Assembly: GCA_043798935.1 (NCBI GenBank) | Contig: JAZDOC010000022.1 | Location: forward strand, 15,299 to 79,298 | Length of the DNA stretch: 64,000 bases | Reading direction: 5' to 3' | Source of the DNA: Patescibacteria group bacterium | GTDB lineage: Bacteria; Patescibacteriota; Patescibacteriia; UBA9570; JAHJKD01 | Shown: in pieces, positions 1 to 9,519 of the stretch | Numbering within the stretch: position 1 is the stretch's first letter | Layout: every line of letters begins with the position of its first letter | The notes under the pieces: generated by a model | The model's input: the letters and a program-made list of their open reading frames with translations, nothing else | The model's database searches: none | Told to the model about the DNA's origin: nothing | Made by a program: the position numbers and the translations under genes

Positions 1-884
1 TAGAAAATATTAATGTTTTTATAGATCAAGCAGTATCGGATCAGTATGAACCAGGCTCGGTATTCAAATCTTTTTCATTAGGCGCGGCCCTAGACATGGG
101 AAAGATTACTCCCTACACAACTTACAACGACACTGGCGAAGTAAAAATAGGAAAGTATACAATTCAAAATTCCGACGATAAAAGCAACGGTACAGTAGAC
201 ATGAATTATGTATTAACCCACTCGTTAAACACGGGATCAATTTTTGCAGTTGAACAAATCGGCAATGAAGCATGGTATCAGTATGTGAAGAATTTTGGCT
301 TTGGTGAACTAACTGGAATTACTTTAGCTGGTGAAAATTACGGTAATATTACGGCTTTAGAAAAGCTAGCTGATATATATTCGGCCACTTCTTCTTATGG
401 GCAAGGAATAACTGTCACACCCATACAACTAATAACTGCATTTAGCAGTATTGCTAACGGGGGCAAATTAATGAAGCCTTATGTAGTACAAGAGGTTGAA
501 AAACCTAGCGGCGAAAAAATTATCACTCAGCCCGAGGTTGTTCGCCAAGTTATTTCGGCACAGACTGCGAGTACGTTATCGGCCATGTTAGTAAATGTTA
601 TAGACAGTGGCCACGCTGTACTGGCGCAAGTCCCTGGCTATTATATGGCCGGTAAAACCGGTACGGCCCAAGTACCAAAAGAAAATGGCGCCGGTTATGA
701 TGCTTATCGGCATAAAGATTCATTTTTAGGATTTGGGCCTGTGTCAAACCCTAAATTTGTAATTCTAACTAAATTAGATGAGCCAGCTAATGCTCCCTGG
801 GCTGCTAATACCACCGCGCCTTTGTTTAGTAAAATTGCCACTTATTTAGTGGACTATTATCAGTTAATGCCTGATAAAGAATAA
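1..884 (+). CDS. Class B penicillin-binding protein (FtsI/PBP2-like), transpeptidase domain, 5'-truncated by window edge
   Basis: Frame is open upstream of the ORF-track start and reads YEPGSVFK (SxxK); SLN (SxN) and KTGTAQ (KTG) motifs; followed by murF. Confidence 0.9.
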   Translation, partial: ENINVFIDQAVSDQYEPGSVFKSFSLGAALDMGKITPYTTYNDTGEVKIGKYTIQNSDDKSNGTVDMNYVLTHSLNTGSIFAVEQIGNEAWYQYVKNFGFGELTGITLAGENYGNITALEKLADIYSATSSYGQGITVTPIQLITAFSSIANGGKLMKPYVVQEVEKPSGEKIITQPEVVRQVISAQTASTLSAMLVNVIDSGHAVLAQVPGYYMAGKTGTAQVPKENGAGYDAYRHKDSFLGFGPVSNPKFVILTKLDEPANAPWAANTTAPLFSKIATYLVDYYQLMPDKE

Positions 885-907
885 TTATTTATAATTTATT
901 TGTTCAT

Positions 908-2194
908 ATGAAAAAATATATTGAAAAAATTTTATTCATCCTGGCAAAATTAATTTTATCTCGGCATCATCCGCAAGTCATTGGTATTACCGGCAGTGTT
1001 GGTAAAACATCAGCTAAAGAAGCGATTTTTTCAGTTTTAAAAACTAAATATAATGTTCGTACTAATTATAAAAATTATAACAACGAAATAGGTTTGCCAC
1101 TTACAATTATCGGTGCCAGTAGTTATGGTAAAAATATTTTTGGTTGGATCTGGGTAATAATAAAAGCTCTGGGAGTCATCGCGTGGCCCAAGTATCAGGA
1201 AATATTGATTTTAGAAATGGGTGCCGATAAACCAGGCGATATTAAATATTTAACTAATTTAGCGCCCTGCAACATTGGTGTTCTAACAGCTATCGGTAGC
1301 CAGCCAGTGCATTTGGAAAACTATAAAAATTTGGATCAGCTTATAAAAGAAAAAGGCATAATTGCTACACATTTATCTGATAAAGATTTTGCAATAATTA
1401 ATGTAGACGATAAACAAATTCAAAGCATATCCGATAAAATAAAAGCTCAGATATTTAGTCTTGGTAATTCCGAGGCAGCCACCATTAGAGTGAGCGATAT
1501 TAATTATTCGCTTAATCTTGAAAATGATTCATCATATCGAAATGCGGGTATCAATTTTAAAGTGCATTATCAGGGAAATACCGTTCCTTTTCATCTATCA
1601 AATGTTTTGGGCATGCCTTCTGTTTATGCTGGGTTAAATGCGATTGCGGTGGGGTTAATTTATAAAATGAATCTAGTGGAAATTGCTTCGGCTTTACAAA
1701 ATTATCAAGCGCCGGTTGGAAGACTCAATATAATTCCTGGTATTAAAGATACGGTTATTATCGACGATAGCTATAATTCTTCACCGTTAGCGTGCCGACA
1801 AGCCATCGAGCTTTTAAATAAAGTGAGCGTTACGGGTAGGAAAATTGCTTGTCTTGGCAATATGGCAGAACTAGGAAGCGAATCAAAAAAAGCTCATCGT
1901 GAAATAGGGCGTTTGATTCAGGAATACAATATTGATATTTTGTTTGCAATTGGTGATCAAGCTTTAGAAATTGCCAGTGCGGCTTTAGAAAAAGGAATGA
2001 ATAAAGACCATGTTTTTACATTTCCCGATTCAGATAGCGCTCGCAAAACAGTTCAAGATGAAATTCACTGTGGTGATGTGATTTTAATTAAAGGTTCACA
2101 AAGTGTGCGTACGGAAAAAATTACATTAGAAATTATGGCCGAACCACAAAAAGCGTCTGAGCTTCTGGTACGTCAAGATAAAAGTTGGAAATAA
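908..2194 (+). CDS. murF: UDP-N-acetylmuramoyl-tripeptide--D-Ala-D-Ala ligase
   Basis: GITGSVGKTS P-loop, NYNNEIGLPLT, LEMG, DDSYNSSP, LGNMAELG, KGS motifs. Confidence 0.93.
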   Translation: MKKYIEKILFILAKLILSRHHPQVIGITGSVGKTSAKEAIFSVLKTKYNVRTNYKNYNNEIGLPLTIIGASSYGKNIFGWIWVIIKALGVIAWPKYQEILILEMGADKPGDIKYLTNLAPCNIGVLTAIGSQPVHLENYKNLDQLIKEKGIIATHLSDKDFAIINVDDKQIQSISDKIKAQIFSLGNSEAATIRVSDINYSLNLENDSSYRNAGINFKVHYQGNTVPFHLSNVLGMPSVYAGLNAIAVGLIYKMNLVEIASALQNYQAPVGRLNIIPGIKDTVIIDDSYNSSPLACRQAIELLNKVSVTGRKIACLGNMAELGSESKKAHREIGRLIQEYNIDILFAIGDQALEIASAALEKGMNKDHVFTFPDSDSARKTVQDEIHCGDVILIKGSQSVRTEKITLEIMAEPQKASELLVRQDKSWK

Positions 2195-2200
2195 TAAAAT

Positions 2201-3589
2201 TTAGTATAATTGCAACTGATAAGTGTTTAGCAAGTCATTATTTTTACTGGGATCAATATAAATTTCAAAATTTATTTTTTCGTTTTCACTTTCAGCTGTT
2301 TCTAAAAACATTCTGTAAATCGGAATAATAACCAGTTGTGGATTTTCATCTTGATTGTAAGCTAACTCATAAGTTAAGTATAGATCGTTAACTTTAAAAA
2401 TATTAGAATTAGATTCAGTTAGATCGATAATTTTAGTAATATAAGTGTTCTCGTCTCGATTTTTTAGCTGAGAGAGAATTCTGCTGTAAGCTGTTTGCGG
2501 TGAAACTAAATCGATGATTTTTCCGGTAGAGACTAATTTTTCCGGTATATAATGACCGAATAAGGATACGAGTTTTCCATTTCTAACCACAACGTGCCAA
2601 GGCATACGATTGAAGATAAGAGTATCTGTTAAACTGTTAGTAAAGAAAATATCAAATTCTTTATCGCCTTCAACTTTGTAATTATTAAGCTTGCTCTCTT
2701 TCCATAATAAGGAATCAATATCAACATTATTGATTTCGGCAATATAATTTAAAGCTTGGTTTTTATAATCCGCGTCAGCGTATTCTTCAGACTGTTCGTA
2801 ATCTAAAAATCCTGTGTCACTAATCGATAGACATTGGTCGCTTTTATTCATATCAAAATAGTTTTCTAACATACCATAACGATACGATAAACATGAATCA
2901 TCATCCGGATAAGATTTTAAATATATTCCGGGCAGAGTATGATGATTTGAAACAAACTGGTTTTCATCTATCTGAAAAATTTTCGCCATGTTTTTTAAAT
3001 CAGTAGTGTTAAAAGTATTAAGCATTTTTATTTCCACTGGTGCTGGTGTTTCTTCAGATAAATTTATTGCTGATACTTTCCAAGTAGAAGTATCTTTGCC
3101 ACTACCACCGCCACACTCACAAGTTACATCGAACAAATTTAAAGTAGTGGTTCGAGGAATAAAAGCTAACTCGTTATTCTCGATTGAAATATTAGCGCTT
3201 GATTCATTTGAATTCGAATTACTATTAGTATCAATATTAATGGCTACTTTTTGTATAGTACCGAAATTTAAATTACTGTTAGTGCTGTGTTGGTTTGGCT
3301 TTGTGGTATTGATTACAAAAGTTTTAATATCAGCTGGAAATAACTCGGGCATAAATAGCATAAAGGCGATTAAAGCCAAAGCTGTCACGGCGGTGGTGCT
3401 ATAAGTAAGTACACGCCATTTATCAAAAAAATTGAATCTATTTGAAAAAGAGAATTTTGGAGTCTGTTGTTTGGAAGCATTAGCCAGTACATTATTAAAC
3501 ATTCTGGTTTTATCAGCCATAGATAAATCAACCTTTTTTCGGTGGCTGTTTTGAAAAATTTGTTCCAGATTACTAGGGTTGATATTCAT
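2201..3589 (-). CDS. Putative anti-sigma factor (short cytoplasmic N-terminus, one TM helix, large extracytoplasmic domain)
   Basis: Directly downstream of and overlapping the full-length ECF sigma frame; TM segment TTAVTALALIAFMLF; N/S-rich linker. Confidence 0.6.
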   Translation of the reverse strand: MNINPSNLEQIFQNSHRKKVDLSMADKTRMFNNVLANASKQQTPKFSFSNRFNFFDKWRVLTYSTTAVTALALIAFMLFMPELFPADIKTFVINTTKPNQHSTNSNLNFGTIQKVAINIDTNSNSNSNESSANISIENNELAFIPRTTTLNLFDVTCECGGGSGKDTSTWKVSAINLSEETPAPVEIKMLNTFNTTDLKNMAKIFQIDENQFVSNHHTLPGIYLKSYPDDDSCLSYRYGMLENYFDMNKSDQCLSISDTGFLDYEQSEEYADADYKNQALNYIAEINNVDIDSLLWKESKLNNYKVEGDKEFDIFFTNSLTDTLIFNRMPWHVVVRNGKLVSLFGHYIPEKLVSTGKIIDLVSPQTAYSRILSQLKNRDENTYITKIIDLTESNSNIFKVNDLYLTYELAYNQDENPQLVIIPIYRMFLETAESENEKINFEIYIDPSKNNDLLNTYQLQLY

Positions 3590-4127
3590 ATTCTTTTTTT
3601 AATTTTTCAATTGTGCGAGAAACTAATATTCTTATAGCGCCTGGTTATTTACCAACAATTTTACTTATTTCTTCATAAGGTAAATCTTCCAAATAACGCA
3701 GTTCAAATACTTCAGGAATAGGTGGTTTCATTTGTTTTATTCTTTCCCACAATATAAGTAAATCCGATTTTTTGGATAATGTTTCATTTTCACCCAGTTT
3801 GTACTCAACATTATCAATGTTTATATGCTGTTTATGGCCATAAAAGTCTTGGCAGACAGTGCGGGCGACTTGGTATAGATACGAAGAATAGGGGTGTCCT
3901 TGCCATTTAAACTTAGGCAAAGCTTTAAGCGCCCTGGTAAATACTTCAGTCGTAAGATCTTCGGCTGTATCTTTATCGCGATTTGTATGATAATAAATAT
4001 ATCGAAAAATTTTATCAACGTATTTATTATATAATTCAGCAAAAGCTTCAGAATTAGCTTGTGCCGCAGAAATTAATTGTTCGTCGGATTGGGCTTCTAA
4101 TGAAGATGTATTTTGCGTATAATTCAC
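3573..4127 (-). pseudogene. ECF (sigma-70 group 4) sigma factor interrupted by in-frame TAA at 3645-3647 (pseudogene or sequence error)
   Basis: Region 2 motifs AFAELYNKY, AEDLTTEVF, YLYQVAR; reading through the TAA gives GK*PGAIRILVSRTIEKLKKEYEYQP, the expected region 4.2 helix, ending at TAG 3573-3575. Confidence 0.8.
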
Positions 4128-4194
4128 AAAAATGATTTAAAATAGATGCGTATATTAAAACATGCTTTCAGATGTTGTGTCAATAATTATTGGC

Positions 4195-4308
4195 TATATA
4201 AATATTTAATTAAAAACCCACGCCTTTTAAGGGCGGGGCTTTTTGCTGTTATTATATTCTATTTTAGCCCCTGGCTTTATGCTAGTGGGCTAAGCATTCA
4301 AATATACC
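4195..4308 (+). repeat. Dispersed ~115-bp double-palindrome repeat (family A), copy 1
   Basis: aacccacgccttttaagggcggggct ... agcccctggctttatgctagtgggct plus conserved AT-rich flanks; near-identical to 5672-5804 and to the reverse complement of 20349-20463. Confidence 0.9.
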
Positions 4309-4338
4309 AGCTTTATTATTTGTTATTGATCCTAATTT

Positions 4339-4376
4339 AAATAAAAAGCGCCGGGTTAGTGGCGCTCTTTATTTTT
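4339..4376. terminator. Intrinsic terminator, probably for the minus-strand lipoprotein gene
   Basis: aaataaaaagcgcc-gggttagt-ggcgctctttattttt hairpin with A/T tracts on both sides. Confidence 0.7.
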
Positions 4377-4394
4377 AGAAGTGAAATAAACAAG

Positions 4395-5444
4395 TTATTT
4401 CCAGCTGGCTAAAATGCTTTCGAATACTGTTTCAACTTTTTCTTTGTTGTTATAATCAGAGTCGCTCATCAAAGCAATGTATTCATTATCACCTTTAGTC
4501 CATTTAGCGTATAATAATATATTATCGTATTCTGGGCTTTCATCTTGAGTGTAATAAATAGATATTTCTTGTCCGCTAATAGTTATTTTTTTAGCATCTT
4601 TATAATCTTTTCTACCACCAACACCCATTCCTGGATGATCAACAAACATTGTGAATTTATTATTACTGTTACTTGAATTTGTTAAGACTAATTCTAAAGT
4701 AGTGTCAGTACTATTAGGCGAAGTATTATTAACTTCTTCAGTTACAGAGTAATTACCAGGGTAAGCGAAACTAAAATTATATTTTGAATTAGAATAGTTT
4801 GATAAAGTAGAGGCTGATGTTGTAATTTCTTGGACGGTAACTTCGGGGATAGCAATAGATTTTAAAATTTCCATAAAAGTACCATCAGCTTGGTGTATAT
4901 TATTTTCATCAAGCAAGGCGAAGCTCATTTTATTCATTTGCCAAATCGCTACTGTACCAGAATCTTCACTCATGGCATAAACGCCATTATCTTCGGTATT
5001 TGCATAAGAGATAACTGCGATTGTAGCGTTGGGCGTCTCAACATCACTTGATACTTCAGCTAGCGTAAAACTATTAATAAATCGAGAATAGGTTTGAGTG
5101 GCAGAAAGCATTTCCCCACCTAAATTAGTAGCTGGGCACTCAGTAAATTCAATCAATTTTAAAGTGTCGAATTCATAAACTGTAGCGCAATCAATGCTAC
5201 CATTCTTTGTTTTCCAATCAGCTGGGTAACTGAAACTAATATTATTAGCTTCGTCCATAAAAGTAGCAGTGTCTGCACTTCGTGTCTCTACAGTAGCTTT
5301 AACTTCTGTAGCACTGACATTTTGATCTTCTTTAGTTACTTCAGGAGTAACATTTGTGTTTTTTGTAACAACGTCTTTTGTTGTCTGCGCGCATCCGGCA
5401 GTGAAAACCGCCAATAATGCTAGCAGTAATAAGGTTTTTTTCAT
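4395..5444 (-). CDS. Lipoprotein with two PsbP/DcrB-like domains
   Basis: MKK + hydrophobic stretch + TAGC lipobox; repeated motif ISFSYPADW / YNFSFAYPGNY and FMEILKSI / FESILASW ends. Confidence 0.7.
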   Translation of the reverse strand: MKKTLLLLALLAVFTAGCAQTTKDVVTKNTNVTPEVTKEDQNVSATEVKATVETRSADTATFMDEANNISFSYPADWKTKNGSIDCATVYEFDTLKLIEFTECPATNLGGEMLSATQTYSRFINSFTLAEVSSDVETPNATIAVISYANTEDNGVYAMSEDSGTVAIWQMNKMSFALLDENNIHQADGTFMEILKSIAIPEVTVQEITTSASTLSNYSNSKYNFSFAYPGNYSVTEEVNNTSPNSTDTTLELVLTNSSNSNNKFTMFVDHPGMGVGGRKDYKDAKKITISGQEISIYYTQDESPEYDNILLYAKWTKGDNEYIALMSDSDYNNKEKVETVFESILASWK

Positions 5445-5671
5445 AGTTTTTAAAATTAATTATTCTAACAAGCTATATAATATTATAATTATAATTTTGT
5501 TACATTATTAATAATAGAGTAAACAAAAAATACTCTTATTTGAGATAATTGATAAATGTTAATTAACAGGTCTTAATTTATTCAATTAAATTAATCTGTA
5601 TAATAAACAACGTGGTGTATAACTGTAGATTGAATTTATATTAATTGAATAAATTATTGATTCCCACTAAG

Positions 5672-5804
5672 AATGAATAATTTGGCATATATAAATATTT
5701 AATTAAAAGCCCACGCCCATAAAGGGCGGGGCTTTTAGCTCTATTATATATAGTTTTAGCCCCTGGCTTTATGTCAGTGGGCTAAACATTCAATTATATC
5801 AACC
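5672..5804 (+). repeat. Family A repeat, copy 2
   Basis: agcccacgcccataaagggcggggct ... agcccctggctttatgtcagtgggct. Confidence 0.9.
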
Positions 5805-5825
5805 GCACTGTTCGTTATAGAGCCT

Positions 5826-6458
5826 TTAATTACGACAGATCTTTTTATTTCTTTTTCCAAGTTCTCGCTCTATATCTATTAAAAAGATATTTTTTTTGGC
5901 TAAAAGTACCATTAAATGATAAATTACATCAGCCGATTCTTCGATAATTCTTTGCTTGCTGTTTTCTAACACCACCTCATTGGCCTCTTCGATAATTTTA
6001 AAACGAATTAAATTAATGTCATTTAATAGTTTAACAGTATAAGATGTATTTTGCCGGCGCGATGATGTCATTTTGTTTTCACTTTTGCGATTTTTTATAA
6101 TCTGTTCTAATGTTTTGAAATTAAAATCCGGATTTATTTTAAAGCAAGAATAAGCGCCAGTGTGGCAAGTGGGGCCATTTGGTTCGACTAACATTAGAAT
6201 TGCATCTTTGTCGCAGTCATAAAACATCTCCTTAAATAAAAGATAATTTTTTGAAGTTTCGCCTTTGGTCCATAATCTTTTTTTACTTCGACTGTAGAAT
6301 GTAATTTTTCCAGATTGCTTTGTTTTTTGAATGGATTCTTTATTTGAATAACCAAGCATTAATATTTCTTTAGTGTTAATGTCTTGGATTATAGTTGGAA
6401 TAAGCAAAGAGAGCGAGTCTCCTGACGAGCTCGGTTTATTATTTATAATCTTACGCAT
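5826..6458 (-). CDS. hisIE: Bifunctional phosphoribosyl-AMP cyclohydrolase / phosphoribosyl-ATP pyrophosphatase
   Basis: YSRSKKRLWTKGETS, DCDKD, CHTG..SCF, EEANEV, EESADVIYHLMV. Confidence 0.95.
   Translation of the reverse strand: MRKIINNKPSSSGDSLSLLIPTIIQDINTKEILMLGYSNKESIQKTKQSGKITFYSRSKKRLWTKGETSKNYLLFKEMFYDCDKDAILMLVEPNGPTCHTGAYSCFKINPDFNFKTLEQIIKNRKSENKMTSSRRQNTSYTVKLLNDINLIRFKIIEEANEVVLENSKQRIIEESADVIYHLMVLLAKKNIFLIDIERELGKRNKKICRN
6411..6432 (+). repeat. REP-like palindrome (family D) inside the hisIE coding sequence
   Basis: GAGC-GAGTCTCCTGACGA-GCTC; same core at 20482-20503 (inverted) and 20527-20581 (interrupted). Confidence 0.65.
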
Positions 6459-7186
6459 ATATTTTGATTATTTAAATATTGTTTAACTTGTTTGATAGTT
6501 AATTTGTTATAGTGAAAAATTGAAGCGGCGAGTAGACCATCAGCTATTTTTGCCGCATCAGCCAGATGTTTTAGTGTGCCGGCGCCACCAGACGCTATAA
6601 TGGGAATGTTCACAGCTCGGCGAATTTTTTTAAGTAGTTCTAAATCATATCCATTTTGCAGGCCGTCTTGATCTATGGAATTAATGCAAATTTCACCTGC
6701 GCCTAATTTTTTGATTCTTTTAACCCAGCCTAACACATTGATATCGGTATTTTGTTTAGCACCATTAATAAATATTTTATCTTTACTTACATCAATTCCA
6801 ACTACAATACACTGCGATCCAAATTGTTTGGCACCGTCCGAGATTAATTGCGGGTTTAAAACTGCCGCCGAATTAATACTAATTTTATCAGCGCCGGCCA
6901 ATAAAATTTTTCTCATGTCTCTCACATTTCTAATTCCGCCACCAACGCAAAAGGGGATATTAATTACCTCGGAAATTTGTTCAACCAGCTCTGTAATAGT
7001 ATTTTTATTTTCTGCTGAAGCTGAAATATCATAAAAAATTAATTCATCAGCACCTTGGTCAGAATAGAATTTTGCAATTTTAACCGGGTCGCCGTCTTGC
7101 ACTTGCACATTATTTTGAAATTTAATACCTTTGGTTAAAATGCCGTTTTTAACATCCAGGCATGGTATAATTCTTTTGGCTAACAT
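6443..7186 (-). CDS. hisF: Imidazole glycerol phosphate synthase cyclase subunit
   Basis: MLAKRIIPCLDV, GADELIFYDI, VGGGI, GADKISINSAAV, IASGGAG, LAASIFH. Confidence 0.97.
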   Translation of the reverse strand: MLAKRIIPCLDVKNGILTKGIKFQNNVQVQDGDPVKIAKFYSDQGADELIFYDISASAENKNTITELVEQISEVINIPFCVGGGIRNVRDMRKILLAGADKISINSAAVLNPQLISDGAKQFGSQCIVVGIDVSKDKIFINGAKQNTDINVLGWVKRIKKLGAGEICINSIDQDGLQNGYDLELLKKIRRAVNIPIIASGGAGTLKHLADAAKIADGLLAASIFHYNKLTIKQVKQYLNNQNICVRL

Positions 7187-7835
7187 ATTGTTTTAATGAT
7201 TTATTAGTATAGAGCGCTTTGCCAATAATGACCGCATAAATATTCATCATGGCCAAAGTTTGTAAATCTATTTCATCACGCACACCGCCGGCCACTATTA
7301 CTTCACAAATTTTTGTTAATCGCTTAATCATAGTGAAATTTGGTCCGCTTAATGTCCCATCGCGATCGACATCAGTATAAATTATTTGGCGTAGGCGATT
7401 CTGTTTAATAAAATTAAAAATATTAATATTCGATTTTTCCTGCCAGCCCTTGACCATAATCGACTCATCTTGGCAATCAAGCGAAACAATAATTTTTTTA
7501 TTATTTATAATCTCGGGATTTTTAATTGCTAAAGTAGAAACAATAATTCTATTAGTTTTAATTTCTGAAATTACATTTTCATCACGCACACCACCACCAA
7601 ATTGAATTTTTAAGTTAGTGTTTTTAATAATTTGTTCAACAATATTATAATTTACAAGTTGTCCGGTTTGTGCGCCGTCTAAATCGATAACATGAAGCCA
7701 TTTAGCACCTTGTTTTTCAAAATTTTTCGCAACTTGTAAAGGATCGTCGCTATAAACAGTGGATTCATTAAACTTACCGCACGTTAATCGAACGCATTTA
7801 TTATTTTGTAAATCGATGGCTGGAATAATTAACAT
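7149..7835 (-). CDS. hisA: ProFAR isomerase
   Basis: IIPAIDL..KCVRL, LHVIDLDGA, QFGGGVR, YTDVDRDGTLSG. Confidence 0.95.
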   Translation of the reverse strand: MLIIPAIDLQNNKCVRLTCGKFNESTVYSDDPLQVAKNFEKQGAKWLHVIDLDGAQTGQLVNYNIVEQIIKNTNLKIQFGGGVRDENVISEIKTNRIIVSTLAIKNPEIINNKKIIVSLDCQDESIMVKGWQEKSNINIFNFIKQNRLRQIIYTDVDRDGTLSGPNFTMIKRLTKICEVIVAGGVRDEIDLQTLAMMNIYAVIIGKALYTNKSLKQYVSQKNYTMPGC

Positions 7836-8428
7836 ATATTATTAAAGTTTTTTAAAAGCATAAGTCCATCATCAGCACTTTTTTCCGGATGGAACTGGAC
7901 GCCGTAGATATTTTTATAATTATAGACCGAAACAAAAGTTTGACTGTAATTTGTTTTAGCAATGGCAATATTATTAACCGGCGATAAATAATATGAATGA
8001 ACAAAATAAAAGTAGCTACTATTAGCAATGCCTGAAAATAATTTATTGTTTTTAGAATATTTAACTTGATTCCAGCCCATATGAGGAACGATCACTTTAG
8101 ATTTTGGAAAAATTACATTTTTACCTTTTAGCACTCCTAAACAGCGTGTGTTATTTTCAGCGCTTTTTTCAAATAATATTTGAGCGCCTAGACAAATACC
8201 TAAAAAGGGGCTGTTTGAAGAAATAAATTTTTTGATCGGTGAGATTAAATTTAACGAGCGTAAATTTTTCATGGCCTCACCGGCAGCGCCCACACCCGGA
8301 AAAATAATTTTTTCAGCTTTAATTACATCAGCTGGCCGGGATGCGGTTTTATATGGAATATTTAATCTGTCCAAAGCATTTTGAACACTTTTTAAATTTC
8401 CGGATTTGTAATCGATTATTGTGATCAT
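7829..8428 (-). CDS. hisH: Imidazole glycerol phosphate synthase glutaminase subunit
   Basis: IIDYKSGN, PGVG, LGICLG, PHMGWN, YFVHSY, QFHPEKS. Confidence 0.96.
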   Translation of the reverse strand: MITIIDYKSGNLKSVQNALDRLNIPYKTASRPADVIKAEKIIFPGVGAAGEAMKNLRSLNLISPIKKFISSNSPFLGICLGAQILFEKSAENNTRCLGVLKGKNVIFPKSKVIVPHMGWNQVKYSKNNKLFSGIANSSYFYFVHSYYLSPVNNIAIAKTNYSQTFVSVYNYKNIYGVQFHPEKSADDGLMLLKNFNNIC

Positions 8429-8490
8429 TTATTTATTGTATATATTTTCAGTGCCCCCAATAAATTAGGAGCCTGAAAATTCGTTTGTAT

Positions 8491-9519
8491 TTAGAGCTTT
8501 CCTTTTGTACTCGGCAACATGTTTTTCATACGCGAATCATTTTCTACGGCCATTTTTATGGATTTGGCCACGGCTTTAAACATGGCCTCGATTTTGTGGT
8601 GCTCGTTACGACCAATAACTTTAATATTTAAATTACAGCTCAGATTATCTGCAAAGGCCTGCCAGAAATCTTCTAGTAGTTCAGTGGGCAAGTCGCCAAC
8701 AAATTCACGTTTAGGTTTATAATCTAATTTTAAATAACTGCGGCCACCTACGTCTAGAGCCACCTGAGCTAAGCTTTCATCCATGGGTAAAAGAAATCCG
8801 TAGCGACGAATACCTTTTTTATCTCCCAGCGCTTTTTTTAGGGCTCGGCCTAAAACAATGCCAATGTCCTCAGTGGTGTGATGCTCATCAACATTTAAGT
8901 CGCCGGATGCTTTAATATTTAAATCAATAAGAGAATGTTTAGAAAACAGCTCGAGCATATGATTAAGAAAACCTACACCCGTATCAATATTATAATTTCC
9001 AATACCGTCTAAATTTAGTGCTAAAGAAATTTGGGTTTCTTTAGTTTTTCTAGTTTCCATGGCAAACCTAGGGAAGCGGGAATTAGTTTCAGCTTTAATA
9101 AAATTGACGCCTAAATTTTTAGCAAATTTTTTATCAGATTCGCGGTCGCCGATCATGATGGAAGTTTTTTTATCATAATTAATGCTTGCAACTAAACCAA
9201 TTTTTGGTTTACGGCAAGTACAGTTGTCTTTTGGTAAGTGAGGACAAACTAAAATTTTGTAAAATTCAATTTTGTTTTTTTTCAGAATTTTTAATAATTC
9301 GTTTTGGGGAATTTCAAAATCTTTCATTGGAAAAGACGCGGTTCCAATGCCGTCTTGATTTGAAACCATAATTAATTTATAACCTTGCTTTAACAAGGAT
9401 TTTAATCCCGGGATGACGCCTTCTAAAATTTTAAGTTTAGCTAAGCTATCAATTTGCTTAGTTTCTTCGGGTTCGTAAATTAAAGCCCCATCACGGTCGA
9501 TAAATGCTATTTTTTCCAT
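8491..9519 (-). CDS. hisB: Bifunctional histidinol-phosphatase / imidazoleglycerol-phosphate dehydratase (HisNB)
   Basis: N-terminal HAD FIDRDG, SNQDG, CPH...CTCRKP; C-terminal IGPD RKTKET, DEHHTTED, NEHHKIE, PSTKG. Confidence 0.96.
   Translation of the reverse strand: MEKIAFIDRDGALIYEPEETKQIDSLAKLKILEGVIPGLKSLLKQGYKLIMVSNQDGIGTASFPMKDFEIPQNELLKILKKNKIEFYKILVCPHLPKDNCTCRKPKIGLVASINYDKKTSIMIGDRESDKKFAKNLGVNFIKAETNSRFPRFAMETRKTKETQISLALNLDGIGNYNIDTGVGFLNHMLELFSKHSLIDLNIKASGDLNVDEHHTTEDIGIVLGRALKKALGDKKGIRRYGFLLPMDESLAQVALDVGGRSYLKLDYKPKREFVGDLPTELLEDFWQAFADNLSCNLNIKVIGRNEHHKIEAMFKAVAKSIKMAVENDSRMKNMLPSTKGKL

Noticed and set aside
2988-3404. 138-aa plus-strand ORF and similar antisense ORFs within his, pgk, acd and recJ
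   Set aside because: Antisense shadows of well-supported genes, with no motifs of their own.
3645-3647. Stop-codon reassignment as the cause of the sigma truncation
   Set aside because: The codon is TAA, which ends many genes here; TGA also acts as a stop (rnhA, ribD, ftsW), so code 25 does not apply.
8444-8479. Hairpin between hisB and hisH (ttttcag...ctgaaaa)
   Set aside because: Short, imperfect and single-copy; at most an mRNA-stability element.
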